Assembly: GCA_037140515.1 (NCBI GenBank)
Contig: JBAXEI010000002.1
Location: 39,703 to 103,702, forward strand
Direction of reading: 5' to 3'
From: Candidatus Berkelbacteria bacterium
GTDB lineage: Bacteria > Patescibacteriota > UBA1384 > XYA2-FULL-43-10 > 1-14-0-10-43-13
DNA length: 64,000 nucleotides
This document shows positions 1-9,344 of this stretch, piece by piece. Made by a program: the position numbers and the translations under genes. The notes below the pieces were generated by a model, which was given only the letters and a program-made list of their open reading frames with translations, had not been told where the DNA came from and did not search any database. Position 1 is the first letter of the stretch. Every line of letters begins with the position of its first letter.

Positions 1-125
1 AAAAGCAACTTCTCGGTAATCTTTCTGTTCATGAGCGCGAAGTAATACAAGGGATTCATGATGACGAGGAGCGGCATATGCAAATAGCGAAGAAAATCGC
101 AGCTATTATTAAAAGTGAATTATGA
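1..125 (+). CDS. 3' end of an upstream gene running off the window. The C-terminus reads ...LSVHEREVIQGIHDDEERHMQIAKKIAAIIKSEL*. Function unknown.
   Basis: Open frame 3 from the window start to TGA at 123-125. ATGA overlap with the start of the next ORF. Confidence 0.3.
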   Translation, partial: KQLLGNLSVHEREVIQGIHDDEERHMQIAKKIAAIIKSEL

Positions 126-846
126 CCACCAAAACAACAACCCCAAAACTATATAATTCTGAGCAGGCTTCGATAGCTAATAAGATTAAATTTATTAAGA
201 TTATCGGTTTTGTTGGTATCCTTATAATCGGTGGATATAGTATTTCAAATTACATCATCAGAGATTACCCATTTGCGATCATGGAAAATATTTTGGTTCT
301 GCTGCTTATTTATTCGCTCACCCTTGTTTATAAAAATAAAGTTGATCGTGGCACTGATATTGGTGCATTTGTTTTGGCATATATCACATTGCATAATTTT
401 TCTACTGGTGGCTACTATGAAACAGGAATGCTTTGGACTTTCATGTTTCCTTCCCTGATCTTTGTCATTCAGGGAAAAAAAAGGGTCTTGTTTGGAATAT
501 TATATTATATTCATTCATTATTATAATGATTATCGGGCACATTTTTTACAATTTTCCAAGGCTACCATATTCTAACTTTATGCTAGTAAACCTAATTGTG
601 ATTTTGGCAATTGTCTCCGCAATTAGCTATTCAAAGCAATTGATTCTAGAAAGAGATCAAGATTTTTTGTCAGAAGGTGCTAAACAAGAGAAAAAAATCA
701 ATCAAAATTTAATCGAATCCTTGCAAAATCTTCAGTCAAGAAGTGATGAGCTTGAAAAGCTTAATAAATATATGACAGGTCGCGAATTGAAAATGATAGA
801 ACTTAAGAAGCGTGTTGCCGAACTTGAAAAAATAAATAAACAATAA
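122..846 (+). pseudogene. Multi-TM membrane protein with a C-terminal coiled coil. It is split into two overlapping ORFs (122..526 and 433..846) by an apparent +1 frameshift at an A8 homopolymer (475..482). Possibly phase-variable, or a sequencing error.
   Basis: ORF1 (frame 2) and ORF2 (frame 1) are both strongly hydrophobic and overlap by 94 nt. Adding one A in the A8 run joins ...FVIQGKK to KGLVWNIILYSFIIIMIIGH... with no break in the TM character. The ORF2 stop at 846 abuts the kinase start at 848. Confidence 0.45.
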
Positions 847-847
847 T

Positions 848-3181
848 ATGAAAATACGTAATAAAATCTTGATATTTTCCCTTGCCGTCACATTTTTTGT
901 GATGATTATTGTCATGGCGGACTCTTTTTATAACGTTGATTCAAATATTGTAAACAATGCAGAGTCAAAGCTCGAAGCCATTGCTTCAATTCAGGAAAAC
1001 AGAATAAACTCCGAGATAGAAAACCACAAAATTCAAGCAGGCTTAGTCTCGAGTAGGACTAGCTTGACTGATGATGTTGTAAATTACGATCTTACGCATG
1101 ATAAGAAGTATGTGGCCTCGCTGAAAACTCGCCTGCTGGACGTCATCAGCGCTGCACCTGATTTTAAAGCGGTCTATGTACTGGCTGACGACGGAAGTAT
1201 TATTACTGGTACTGATACTGTCGATCCTCTTGGTCGACTGACTGGCGGCGAACTTACCAACGCTAAGACTGATCGTCAAGTTTTCGTTTACGAATCGTCT
1301 ACGGCTATTAAGGACTTAGCGCTAACATCTCCAATCTCTCGAGATGGGAAATATGCCGGAATCGTCCTTATAATCACCGCCTCAGATGCGTTGCAAAAAA
1401 TTATGACGGATTATTCTGGTTTGGGAGAAACTGGGGAAACCATCATTGCGGTTAAAAATATTAATGGAGATGCTGAGTACATTCAGCCACCACGATTTGC
1501 AGACCAAAACTCTTCACTTGTAATATCGAAAGATAAGCGTACTGTCGCTGCCAACGTTGCACTGAATAAGGTTGAAGGTCTTTCTAAAAATAATATCAAT
1601 TATCGTGATCATGCTATTTATTCTGTTACTAGGTATATCGAAAGCGTTGGATGGGGGGTTGTTGTTCAAGTTGATAAGGCGGAGATATATCAACCGGTCT
1701 ACAGTCACGCAATACAGCTTGGATCTATTGCTGTTTTGCTGATAATCATAATGCTGTTTGTCTCCTTCAAGCTCGCAAATTCCATCGCACGTCCTTTGGA
1801 GACTCTGCGAACTAACGCTGATATAATAGCAAAAGGCGATTTGAATCTTGACGTTGTTGTTCGTTCTAGAGATGAAATTGGTGAACTCTCAAGATCATTT
1901 AGTCAGATGATGAAAGCGATTATCGCATCACGAGCTTCAGTGGATCAGCAGGTCATGGACCAAACCAAGGAAATTGTTGAAAAAGAAGCTTATATGCATG
2001 ATGAGCAAAAGGCAATTATCAATATTCTTGAAGATGTTGAAGAAGAAAAAGAAAATACCAAGAGAGAGAAGGATAGAATAAATACTATCTTACAAAGCAT
2101 CGGCGATGCTGTATTTGTGGTGGATCAGAATTTGAAAATACAATTGGTAAATCAGGTAACCATCGATCTGTCAGGCTATAGTGAGGATGAGCTAGTCGGC
2201 AAGAAATATACTGATGTTCTTCGCTTTATCCATGAAGACGCAAATTCTAAAGTTGAAATAGTAAATGATAAATTTGTAAATGATGCCATCTCGACTGGCA
2301 AGGTTCAGGAGATGTCGAACCATACTGTGATTGTTTGCAAAGACAAAAAGCGAATTCCTGTCTCTGATAGTTCCGCGCCGCTAAAGAATCAAGCGGGCGA
2401 AATTATCGGTTGCGTCGTGGTATTTCGTGATGTGACTCGTGAATATGAAATTGACAAGGCGAAGACTGAGTTTGTCTCTCTTGCCTCGCATCAGCTTCGT
2501 ACTCCACTTTCGGCAATTGGTTGGTATTCTGAGATGTTGGCAGATGGTGATGCTGGAAAGCTAAATGAAAAGCAGCAACAATATTTGCTTGAGATTACCA
2601 AGGGCAATAAGAGAATGGTTGAGCTGGTAAATTCTTTACTCAACGTTTCTAGGCTTGAGCTCGGCACATTCGTCGTAGACCCAGTTCCTACAAATATTGT
2701 TACAATTGCTGAGGAGTCGGTGAAGGAGCTAGTTGCACTTCTCGATGAGAAGAAGCTAAAAATTGAAGAAGACTATGGCAAAGAGATTCCGATGATCAAT
2801 CTTGATCCGAAGCTAACCAGAATCATTTTTCAAAATCTGCTATCCAATGCTGTCAAATATACGCCGAAGGGAAAAGTTTCTATTTCTGTTTCTCGGAGTG
2901 ATGGCAGCGTCGTGATCAAGGTTGCTGACACTGGGCTTGGTATTCCTCATCATCAGCAAAAAAGAATGTTTGAGAAGCTTTTCCGCGCTGACAACGTTCG
3001 CGTCTCGAATGTTGAAGGTACTGGTCTTGGTCTATATATTGTAAAAACAGTCATTGACAATGTCGGCGGTAGTATACGCTTTGAATCTAAAGAAAATGTC
3101 GGAACTACTTTTTATGTCAAGCTGCCACTAACTGGCATGAAAAAGAAGGAAGGTTCTCGAACTCTTGATCAGACAGAGTAG
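848..3181 (+). CDS. Sensor histidine kinase with an N-terminal TM, a ~260-aa extracytoplasmic sensor domain, a second TM, then HAMP, PAS, HisKA and HATPase_c domains.
   Basis: H-box SLASHQLRTPLSAI. N/G boxes NLLSNAVKYTPKG and GTGLGLYIVK. Two hydrophobic segments flank the large extracellular region. A PAS-like region sits between HAMP and the H-box. Confidence 0.9.
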   Translation: MKIRNKILIFSLAVTFFVMIIVMADSFYNVDSNIVNNAESKLEAIASIQENRINSEIENHKIQAGLVSSRTSLTDDVVNYDLTHDKKYVASLKTRLLDVISAAPDFKAVYVLADDGSIITGTDTVDPLGRLTGGELTNAKTDRQVFVYESSTAIKDLALTSPISRDGKYAGIVLIITASDALQKIMTDYSGLGETGETIIAVKNINGDAEYIQPPRFADQNSSLVISKDKRTVAANVALNKVEGLSKNNINYRDHAIYSVTRYIESVGWGVVVQVDKAEIYQPVYSHAIQLGSIAVLLIIIMLFVSFKLANSIARPLETLRTNADIIAKGDLNLDVVVRSRDEIGELSRSFSQMMKAIIASRASVDQQVMDQTKEIVEKEAYMHDEQKAIINILEDVEEEKENTKREKDRINTILQSIGDAVFVVDQNLKIQLVNQVTIDLSGYSEDELVGKKYTDVLRFIHEDANSKVEIVNDKFVNDAISTGKVQEMSNHTVIVCKDKKRIPVSDSSAPLKNQAGEIIGCVVVFRDVTREYEIDKAKTEFVSLASHQLRTPLSAIGWYSEMLADGDAGKLNEKQQQYLLEITKGNKRMVELVNSLLNVSRLELGTFVVDPVPTNIVTIAEESVKELVALLDEKKLKIEEDYGKEIPMINLDPKLTRIIFQNLLSNAVKYTPKGKVSISVSRSDGSVVIKVADTGLGIPHHQQKRMFEKLFRADNVRVSNVEGTGLGLYIVKTVIDNVGGSIRFESKENVGTTFYVKLPLTGMKKKEGSRTLDQTE

Positions 3182-3333
3182 TGTTGTTATTGCCAAATTA
3201 CTCTATTCTGATATCGATATCATAATAAAACATTACTAGATTTGATTTAAATTATATAAATACTAAATAAAATACTTGATTTATCAAAGTATAACAAGTA
3301 TGATAAGTATAACTATTTAAATTAAGGAATTTT

Positions 3334-3582
3334 ATGTTTGATCATAAATTATTTGGCACAGCCACCATCGGTGAGAAGGGACAGATCGTTATCCCTGTCG
3401 AAGCTCGTAACCTTCTTGATCTGAAGGTCGGGGATAAGTTGCTCGTTGTCTCTGGACCAGGAAATCATGGTTTACTTATCATGAAGCCAGATGTTATCAA
3501 GAAATTTGCACAAAAAATGAATGAAAAATTTGAGAAGCTACAATTTTTTGCAGACAGTGCTTCTGAAGAAGAAATAATATAA
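3334..3582 (+). CDS. AbrB/MazE/SpoVT-family DNA-binding protein (swapped-hairpin fold).
   Basis: N-terminal GEKGQIVIPVEARNLLDLKVGDKLLV matches the SpoVT/AbrB looped-hinge motif. 82 aa with an acidic tail. The upstream region is AT-rich and carries tandem 9-bp repeats. Confidence 0.6.
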   Translation: MFDHKLFGTATIGEKGQIVIPVEARNLLDLKVGDKLLVVSGPGNHGLLIMKPDVIKKFAQKMNEKFEKLQFFADSASEEEII

Positions 3583-3599
3583 ATATTAGCAGAGACCTT

Positions 3600-5396
3600 A
3601 TGACAAAATTAATTAGATTTCTAAAGCCTTACATTTGGCAGATAGTGATTCTGCTGATTTTAACCTACTTGCAGGTTATGGCGACGTTGGCGCTACCCGA
3701 CTATATGGCGAAAATTATTAACAACGGTATTTCGGGCAAGGACATCGGTCTTGTCTGGCATGACGGCTTCTGGATGCTTGGCATCTCTTTGGCTGGCGCT
3801 GCTTGTGCAGTGGGAGCAGGCTATCTTGCCTCAAAGATTGCTACAGGCTTCTCACGCGATCTTCGCGAAAGCGTATTTTCGCGAATTGAAAGCTTCTCAC
3901 TTGTAGAGTTCAACAAATTCTCAACATCCTCTTTGATTACTCGTTCAACCAACGATATCCAACAGATTCAGATGGTGGTCATCATGCTTCTCCGTATGGT
4001 TCTGTCGGCTCCTATTATGGCAGTCGGCGCGGTATTCAAGGCGTATCATATGGCGCCCTCGATGAGCTGGATTATCGCTTTAGCTGTTGTTGTCATGTTT
4101 GGAATCATCGGAGTAATTTTCTCGATCGCGATGCCTAAGTTCGAGCTGTTACAAAAACTTGTCGACAAACTAAATCTTGTTACCCGTCAGAACCTAACCG
4201 GACTTCGTGTTGTTCGTGCCTTCAATAATGAAACGATTGAGGAAGAAAAATTTGATAAGGTGAACAAAGATCTTACAGATACAAATTTATTTGTGAATAG
4301 ACTGATGGTGATAATGCAGCCGCTTATGACTTTAATCTTTAACTTTACGACTATTGGCATCATCTGGTATGGGGCCAAGTTGATTGGCAACGGTACACTC
4401 CAGATTGGCGATATGCTCGCCTTTATGCAATATGCAATGCAGGTGATTATGTCATTCTTAATGATCTCGATTATCTTTATTATGGTGCCAAGAGCTTCTG
4501 TTTCTGGCAAACGAATTGCTGAAGTTATTGAGACTTTGCCACTAATAACAGACCCTAAGAATCCTGTTAAGGTAGATGGAAAAGGCATAGGGTTGGTTGA
4601 ATTTAAAGATGTGACTTTTTCATACCCTGGAGCCGAATCGCCAGTAATTTCAAATATTTCATTTACTGCAAAGCCTGGCGAAACCACAGCGTTTATTGGT
4701 AGCACTGGTAGCGGTAAATCGACAATCATAAATCTTATCCCTCGTTTTTATGATGTGACTTCGGGTAGCGTCTCAATCGACGGAGTAGATGTTCGAGACT
4801 TTAAGCTGGAAGACTTGTATCGAAAGATTGGCTATGTGCCACAAAGAAGCGTTTTGTTTTCGGGTACAATAAAAAGTAATATTACTTATGGCAATCAGAG
4901 CGCCACTGATTCGGAAATAGCTAAAGCTGTAAAAACTTCTCAAGCAGAAGACTTCATTGGCAAAACAGAAAAGAGTCTCGAAACCTCCATCGCTCAGGCT
5001 GGGGCAAACATCTCTGGCGGGCAGAAGCAACGCCTATCTATCGCACGCGCATTAGTTAAGAAGCCGGAGATTTACATATTTGACGATTCTTTCTCAGCAT
5101 TGGATCTGAAAACAGATTCTGCGTTGCGTAAGGCCCTAGAGAATGAGACGAAGGATAGGACCGTTTTGATCATTGGCCAACGAATAAGTACGATTATGAA
5201 TGCAGATAATATTATAGTTTTCGAGGGTGGGAAAATTTGCGGTCAAGGCCGGCATGAACAGTTGATCAAGAGTTGTGAAGTCTATCGTGAAATCGCCAGC
5301 TCACAACTTTCCGATGAAGAATTGAAAAATATTGGCTTATCTCTTCACGAGGTGGACAAGACGGTAATGGAGTTGACACAGAAGGAGAGTGTATGA
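3600..5396 (+). CDS. ABC transporter permease/ATPase fusion (type I exporter half-transporter, MdlA/YheI-like).
   Basis: Six N-terminal TM helices. Walker A GSTGSGKST, signature ISGGQKQRLSIARAL, Walker B IYIFDDSFSALD. Confidence 0.9.
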   Translation: MTKLIRFLKPYIWQIVILLILTYLQVMATLALPDYMAKIINNGISGKDIGLVWHDGFWMLGISLAGAACAVGAGYLASKIATGFSRDLRESVFSRIESFSLVEFNKFSTSSLITRSTNDIQQIQMVVIMLLRMVLSAPIMAVGAVFKAYHMAPSMSWIIALAVVVMFGIIGVIFSIAMPKFELLQKLVDKLNLVTRQNLTGLRVVRAFNNETIEEEKFDKVNKDLTDTNLFVNRLMVIMQPLMTLIFNFTTIGIIWYGAKLIGNGTLQIGDMLAFMQYAMQVIMSFLMISIIFIMVPRASVSGKRIAEVIETLPLITDPKNPVKVDGKGIGLVEFKDVTFSYPGAESPVISNISFTAKPGETTAFIGSTGSGKSTIINLIPRFYDVTSGSVSIDGVDVRDFKLEDLYRKIGYVPQRSVLFSGTIKSNITYGNQSATDSEIAKAVKTSQAEDFIGKTEKSLETSIAQAGANISGGQKQRLSIARALVKKPEIYIFDDSFSALDLKTDSALRKALENETKDRTVLIIGQRISTIMNADNIIVFEGGKICGQGRHEQLIKSCEVYREIASSQLSDEELKNIGLSLHEVDKTVMELTQKESV

Positions 5397-7420
5397 GTAA
5401 GTATGAACAAAACGAAACAATTGTAGTCAAGAAGCCTGCAACCAAAGGTCCGCTAGGTGGAGGACCGATGGGTGGGATGATGGGCGGTGCGCCCGAAAAG
5501 CCAAAGAACTTCAAGAAGACAATGAAAACTCTCATTAGCTATATGAAGCCTTTTTGGATTCAAATCATCCTCGTCCTAGCCTTTGCTATTGCAAGCACAG
5601 TTTTTGCAATATTCAGCCCAAAAATCCTCGGACGTATGACTAATCAGATCGTCAACGACTACGTAAGTATGAAAATGTATGACGGAGTGATTGCAGGACT
5701 GCCTAAAGGCTTTGCTATCAAGCCGGGCATGACGGGGAAAGATTTAGTTAAATTCATGCCCGCTGAAGCTTTGAAAAAAATCCCTGCAGACAAGATGGGC
5801 ACACTAGAAAAGCTAGACCTGACGAAGCGGCCATCTATCAATTTCGGCGTACTAGGTGATATTGCGACACTCCTAATTACACTTTATTTGCTTGGTATTC
5901 TTTTCGGTTATCTTCAAGGCTGGATCATGTCTGCTGTTTCGCAGAAAATTACGTACAAATTCCGGAAAGATATTTCCGAAAAAATAAATCGCTTGCCCCT
6001 GAAGTATTTTGATAAAAAGACCTATGGCGAAGTGCTCAGCCGAGTGACGAACGATGTTGATACGGTGAGTCAATCCTTAAACCAAAGCCTTTCTCAGATT
6101 GTAACATCCGTGACGATGATTTTGGGAATACTCGTGATGATGTTGACGATCAGTTGGTCACTGACTCTTGTTTCAATTCTTTTGTTGCCGATAAGCTTCA
6201 TATTCCTTGGCAGTGTTATGAAAAAGTCGCAAAAATATTTCAAAGAGCAACAGGATTCGCTAGGTCATCTAAACGGTCATGTCGAGGAAATGTTTGGTGG
6301 CCATACAGTCATGAGAGTATTCAACGGAGAGAAGCAATCAGTTAGCAAATTTAATAAGATCAACAAGAGTCTCTACAATAGTGCTTGGAAATCACAGTTT
6401 CTCTCGGGATTACTTTTTCCAATACTCAATTTTATCGGAAACCTTGGTTTCGTTGGCGTTTCGGTACTCGGTGGATGGATGGTTATAAATGGTAAAATTC
6501 AAATCGGCGATGTTCAAGCCTTTATCCAGTATGTTCAGCAGTTCAATCAGCCAATTGCTCAGACCGCTAGCATCGCAAACGTTCTTCAATCTACCGCTGC
6601 GTCCGCTGAAAGAGTATTTGAATTTCTCGATGAAGAAGAGCAGGTTCCTGAAACTGCAACATCTGTAAAACCTATTGATGTGAAGGGTAAGATAGAATTT
6701 AAAAATGTTGTTTTCGGTTATGATCCAGAAAAGGTGATCATTAAGAATTTGAACGTTTGTATTGAGCCAGGACATCGCGTCGCGATCGTTGGTCCGACCG
6801 GAGCTGGCAAGACCACTTTGGTAAACCTGCTGATGCGCTTCTACGATGTTGATTCTGGCTCTATCGAAGTGGACGGCGTTGATGTTCGGAACATGAAGCG
6901 CTCAGACTTGCGAAAAATGTTTGGCATGGTGCTTCAAGATACTTGGCTTTTCAATGGCACGTTGAAAGAAAATATTACTTACGGCAAGGCTGATGCGACC
7001 AAAGCTGAGATAGAAGCCGCAGCTAAGGCTGCCCATGTTGACTATTTCGTCCATTCATTGCCAGACGGCTACAATATGGTTTTGAACGAGGAAGCAGATA
7101 ATATTTCTCAGGGTGAGAAGCAGCTTATTACAATCGCTAGGGCGATGCTAGCACACACACCGATGCTGATTCTCGACGAGGCGACAAGCTCGGTAGATAC
7201 TCGTACGGAGCTGCTTATCCAGAAGGCGATGGATAATCTAATGAAGGGCAAGACAAGTTTCGTTATTGCACACAGGCTATCCACAATTCGGGATGCTGAC
7301 CTTATACTTGTAATGGACGAAGGTAACGTCGTCGAACAGGGGACACACGAAGAGTTGCTTGCAAAAAAAGGATTTTACGCATCTTTGTATAACAGTCAAT
7401 TTCTGGTCACGGAAGTTTAA
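5393..7420 (+). CDS. ABC transporter permease/ATPase fusion (MdlB/YheH-like partner of the heterodimeric exporter). Carries a ~90-aa insertion in the first extracellular loop.
   Basis: Walker A GPTGAGKTT, signature SQGEKQLITIARAM, Walker B LILDEATSSVD. A 4-nt ATGA overlap with the upstream half-transporter suggests translational coupling. Confidence 0.9.
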   Translation: MSKYEQNETIVVKKPATKGPLGGGPMGGMMGGAPEKPKNFKKTMKTLISYMKPFWIQIILVLAFAIASTVFAIFSPKILGRMTNQIVNDYVSMKMYDGVIAGLPKGFAIKPGMTGKDLVKFMPAEALKKIPADKMGTLEKLDLTKRPSINFGVLGDIATLLITLYLLGILFGYLQGWIMSAVSQKITYKFRKDISEKINRLPLKYFDKKTYGEVLSRVTNDVDTVSQSLNQSLSQIVTSVTMILGILVMMLTISWSLTLVSILLLPISFIFLGSVMKKSQKYFKEQQDSLGHLNGHVEEMFGGHTVMRVFNGEKQSVSKFNKINKSLYNSAWKSQFLSGLLFPILNFIGNLGFVGVSVLGGWMVINGKIQIGDVQAFIQYVQQFNQPIAQTASIANVLQSTAASAERVFEFLDEEEQVPETATSVKPIDVKGKIEFKNVVFGYDPEKVIIKNLNVCIEPGHRVAIVGPTGAGKTTLVNLLMRFYDVDSGSIEVDGVDVRNMKRSDLRKMFGMVLQDTWLFNGTLKENITYGKADATKAEIEAAAKAAHVDYFVHSLPDGYNMVLNEEADNISQGEKQLITIARAMLAHTPMLILDEATSSVDTRTELLIQKAMDNLMKGKTSFVIAHRLSTIRDADLILVMDEGNVVEQGTHEELLAKKGFYASLYNSQFLVTEV

Positions 7421-7451
7421 TAAACAGTATTAATATCAAAATAAAAAGGAA

Positions 7452-9242
7452 ATGAAAATGGGAAAGTTTAGAGAAGGTTTGAGTAAAAATAGGAAGTGGT
7501 GGACGCTAGGGACGGTTTGTTTCGCTCTACTCATGATCGTGTTAGATGGCAACGTGGTGAATCTGGCAGTGCCAAGTATTATGAAAACTTTTAACGCTTC
7601 GATCGGTCAGATTGAGTGGGTGAATAACGCCTATCTTCTCACCTTTGCGATACTCCTGATCACGCTCGGTAGACTTGGGGATGAAGTCGGTAGAAAAAAG
7701 ATGTTCTTGGTTGGGCTTTTTTCCTTCATAATAGGCTCTTTTCTTTGTGCGGCAGCACCAAGTATCAATTACCTTATTGCTTTTCGTGTCATTCAGGGGA
7801 TCGGTGGCGCGGCCATGATGCCAGCGACACTGTCTCTGATCGCAGCCAATTTCGAAAAGAAAGAGCGTGGCGCAGCGATGGGTATCTGGGGCGCTGTATC
7901 TGGCCTTGGCATAGTCTTGGGTCCTATTCTTGGTGGCTACCTGACCGAGAAGGGTCTTGGTGTAAACATAAACAATCTACTGCATATCACGGATTTCTGG
8001 CGTTATGTTTTCTATATCAATATTCCTGTTGGCATTTTGGCAATAGTCTCATCATTTATGTTTATTTCTGAGTCGAAGGATAGTGAAAAGAAACATAAGT
8101 ATGATTTCGTAGGCATTTTCCTTTCCTCGATTGCTATCTTTTTATTGACCTTTGGGTTCATCGAAGGAGCGAAATTCGGTTGGTGGAAAGTGAATGAACA
8201 ATTCATACTTTTCGGTCAATCAATCGGCGCTGGGAGCATTAGTGTCATTCCTTTTCTTTTTTTACTTTCAATTTTGTTTATTATAGTCTTCGTACTTTTC
8301 GAAAAGACCAGGAAAGTAGATCCGCTTGTAGATATGAACTTGTTTAAGGCAAGAAATTTCTCGATTGGTAGCTTTGCGGCAGCAGTTCTAAGCTTTTCGA
8401 TGATGGGGTCATTTTTCCTACTTCCGCTATTTCTACAATCGATCATGGGCTTTACCGCGATTAAAACGGGCCAAGTCCTACTGCCTTTTGCAATCACAAT
8501 CATGATTATGGCGCCGATCGCTGGTCGTCTCGCAGATAAATTTGGTGGCAAATATCTGATTTCTGCCGGCATGGCTATCATGGCAATCGGCGGTTTCTAT
8601 ATCGGACATTTTCGACTAGACACACAGATAAATGAGCTTATTTTGCCTTTCATTATCATGGGTCTTGGTATGGGTATGTCGATGTCGCCACTTACAAATA
8701 TCACTCTTTTGGAAACACCAGAAGATGAAATCGGTGGTGCATCCGGTGTTATTTCGACTGCACGTCAAATTGGCTCTGTCATGGGCATCGCAATTCTTGC
8801 GGCATTTCTGCAGACAGTAATCGTCAGTAATATCCGTACAGACCTTACAAAAATTGATGGTCTCTCATCTTCTATTCAGACAGATATCGTCAATCAGGTG
8901 AAAAATGGCAACAACTATAATGCAAAAGACGGTCTCAGTGCTTTGCTCATGCAGTCGATGCAGCAGGACTTGAAAAATAAAGCTATCGAAATTCAAAAAG
9001 CGAATGATCCGAAGACCTTATCGTCACCGTCGGTGCAGTCTGAGACAAATGCCAAGATGCTAAAGTATCGAGATGAGACGATTCAAAAATACAAGAGTAT
9101 AGGAATGCAAATAGGCCAGGCGAGCAAGCAGAGCTATGTTGACGGTATAAATAAAACATTTTTTCTAGCATCGCTTATTGCGCTCTTTGGTGCATTGGTT
9201 GCTCTTCTCTTCAAGGGTGGTGTCAGGACAAAAGTAAACTAA
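7452..9242 (+). CDS. MFS transporter, DHA2 (EmrB/QacA-like, 14-TMS). Has a ~130-aa hydrophilic C-terminal extension ending in an extra TM.
   Basis: Conserved MFS motif region ITLGRLGDEVGRKKMFLVG and multiple TM segments. Downstream terminator. Confidence 0.85.
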   Translation: MKMGKFREGLSKNRKWWTLGTVCFALLMIVLDGNVVNLAVPSIMKTFNASIGQIEWVNNAYLLTFAILLITLGRLGDEVGRKKMFLVGLFSFIIGSFLCAAAPSINYLIAFRVIQGIGGAAMMPATLSLIAANFEKKERGAAMGIWGAVSGLGIVLGPILGGYLTEKGLGVNINNLLHITDFWRYVFYINIPVGILAIVSSFMFISESKDSEKKHKYDFVGIFLSSIAIFLLTFGFIEGAKFGWWKVNEQFILFGQSIGAGSISVIPFLFLLSILFIIVFVLFEKTRKVDPLVDMNLFKARNFSIGSFAAAVLSFSMMGSFFLLPLFLQSIMGFTAIKTGQVLLPFAITIMIMAPIAGRLADKFGGKYLISAGMAIMAIGGFYIGHFRLDTQINELILPFIIMGLGMGMSMSPLTNITLLETPEDEIGGASGVISTARQIGSVMGIAILAAFLQTVIVSNIRTDLTKIDGLSSSIQTDIVNQVKNGNNYNAKDGLSALLMQSMQQDLKNKAIEIQKANDPKTLSSPSVQSETNAKMLKYRDETIQKYKSIGMQIGQASKQSYVDGINKTFFLASLIALFGALVALLFKGGVRTKVN

Positions 9243-9264
9243 GCAATATTTGTAAATATTAAGA

Positions 9265-9292
9265 AATAGCTCTCCAGCAGGGCTATTTTTTA
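9265..9292 (+). terminator. Rho-independent terminator after the MFS gene.
   Basis: Stem atagc(tc)/ggctat with loop tccagcag, followed by TTTTTT. Confidence 0.45.
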
Positions 9293-9344
9293 ATCATAGC
9301 AAATTATGTGGATAAAGTGTTCGACTTATGTTCGTATTAGCTTT

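Noticed and set aside
231-458. 75-aa ORF overlapping the frameshifted membrane protein gene.
   Set aside because: Alternate-frame ORF inside an AT-rich region. It is explained by the 122..846 gene.
4187-4729. 180-aa minus-strand ORF inside the ABC transporter gene. Similar antisense ORFs lie at 8216..8581, 10702..11121, 20334..20921, 31104..31736 and 33531..33917.
   Set aside because: They are embedded antisense to strongly motif-supported + strand genes. They have no recognisable motifs and fit the pattern of spurious ORFs.
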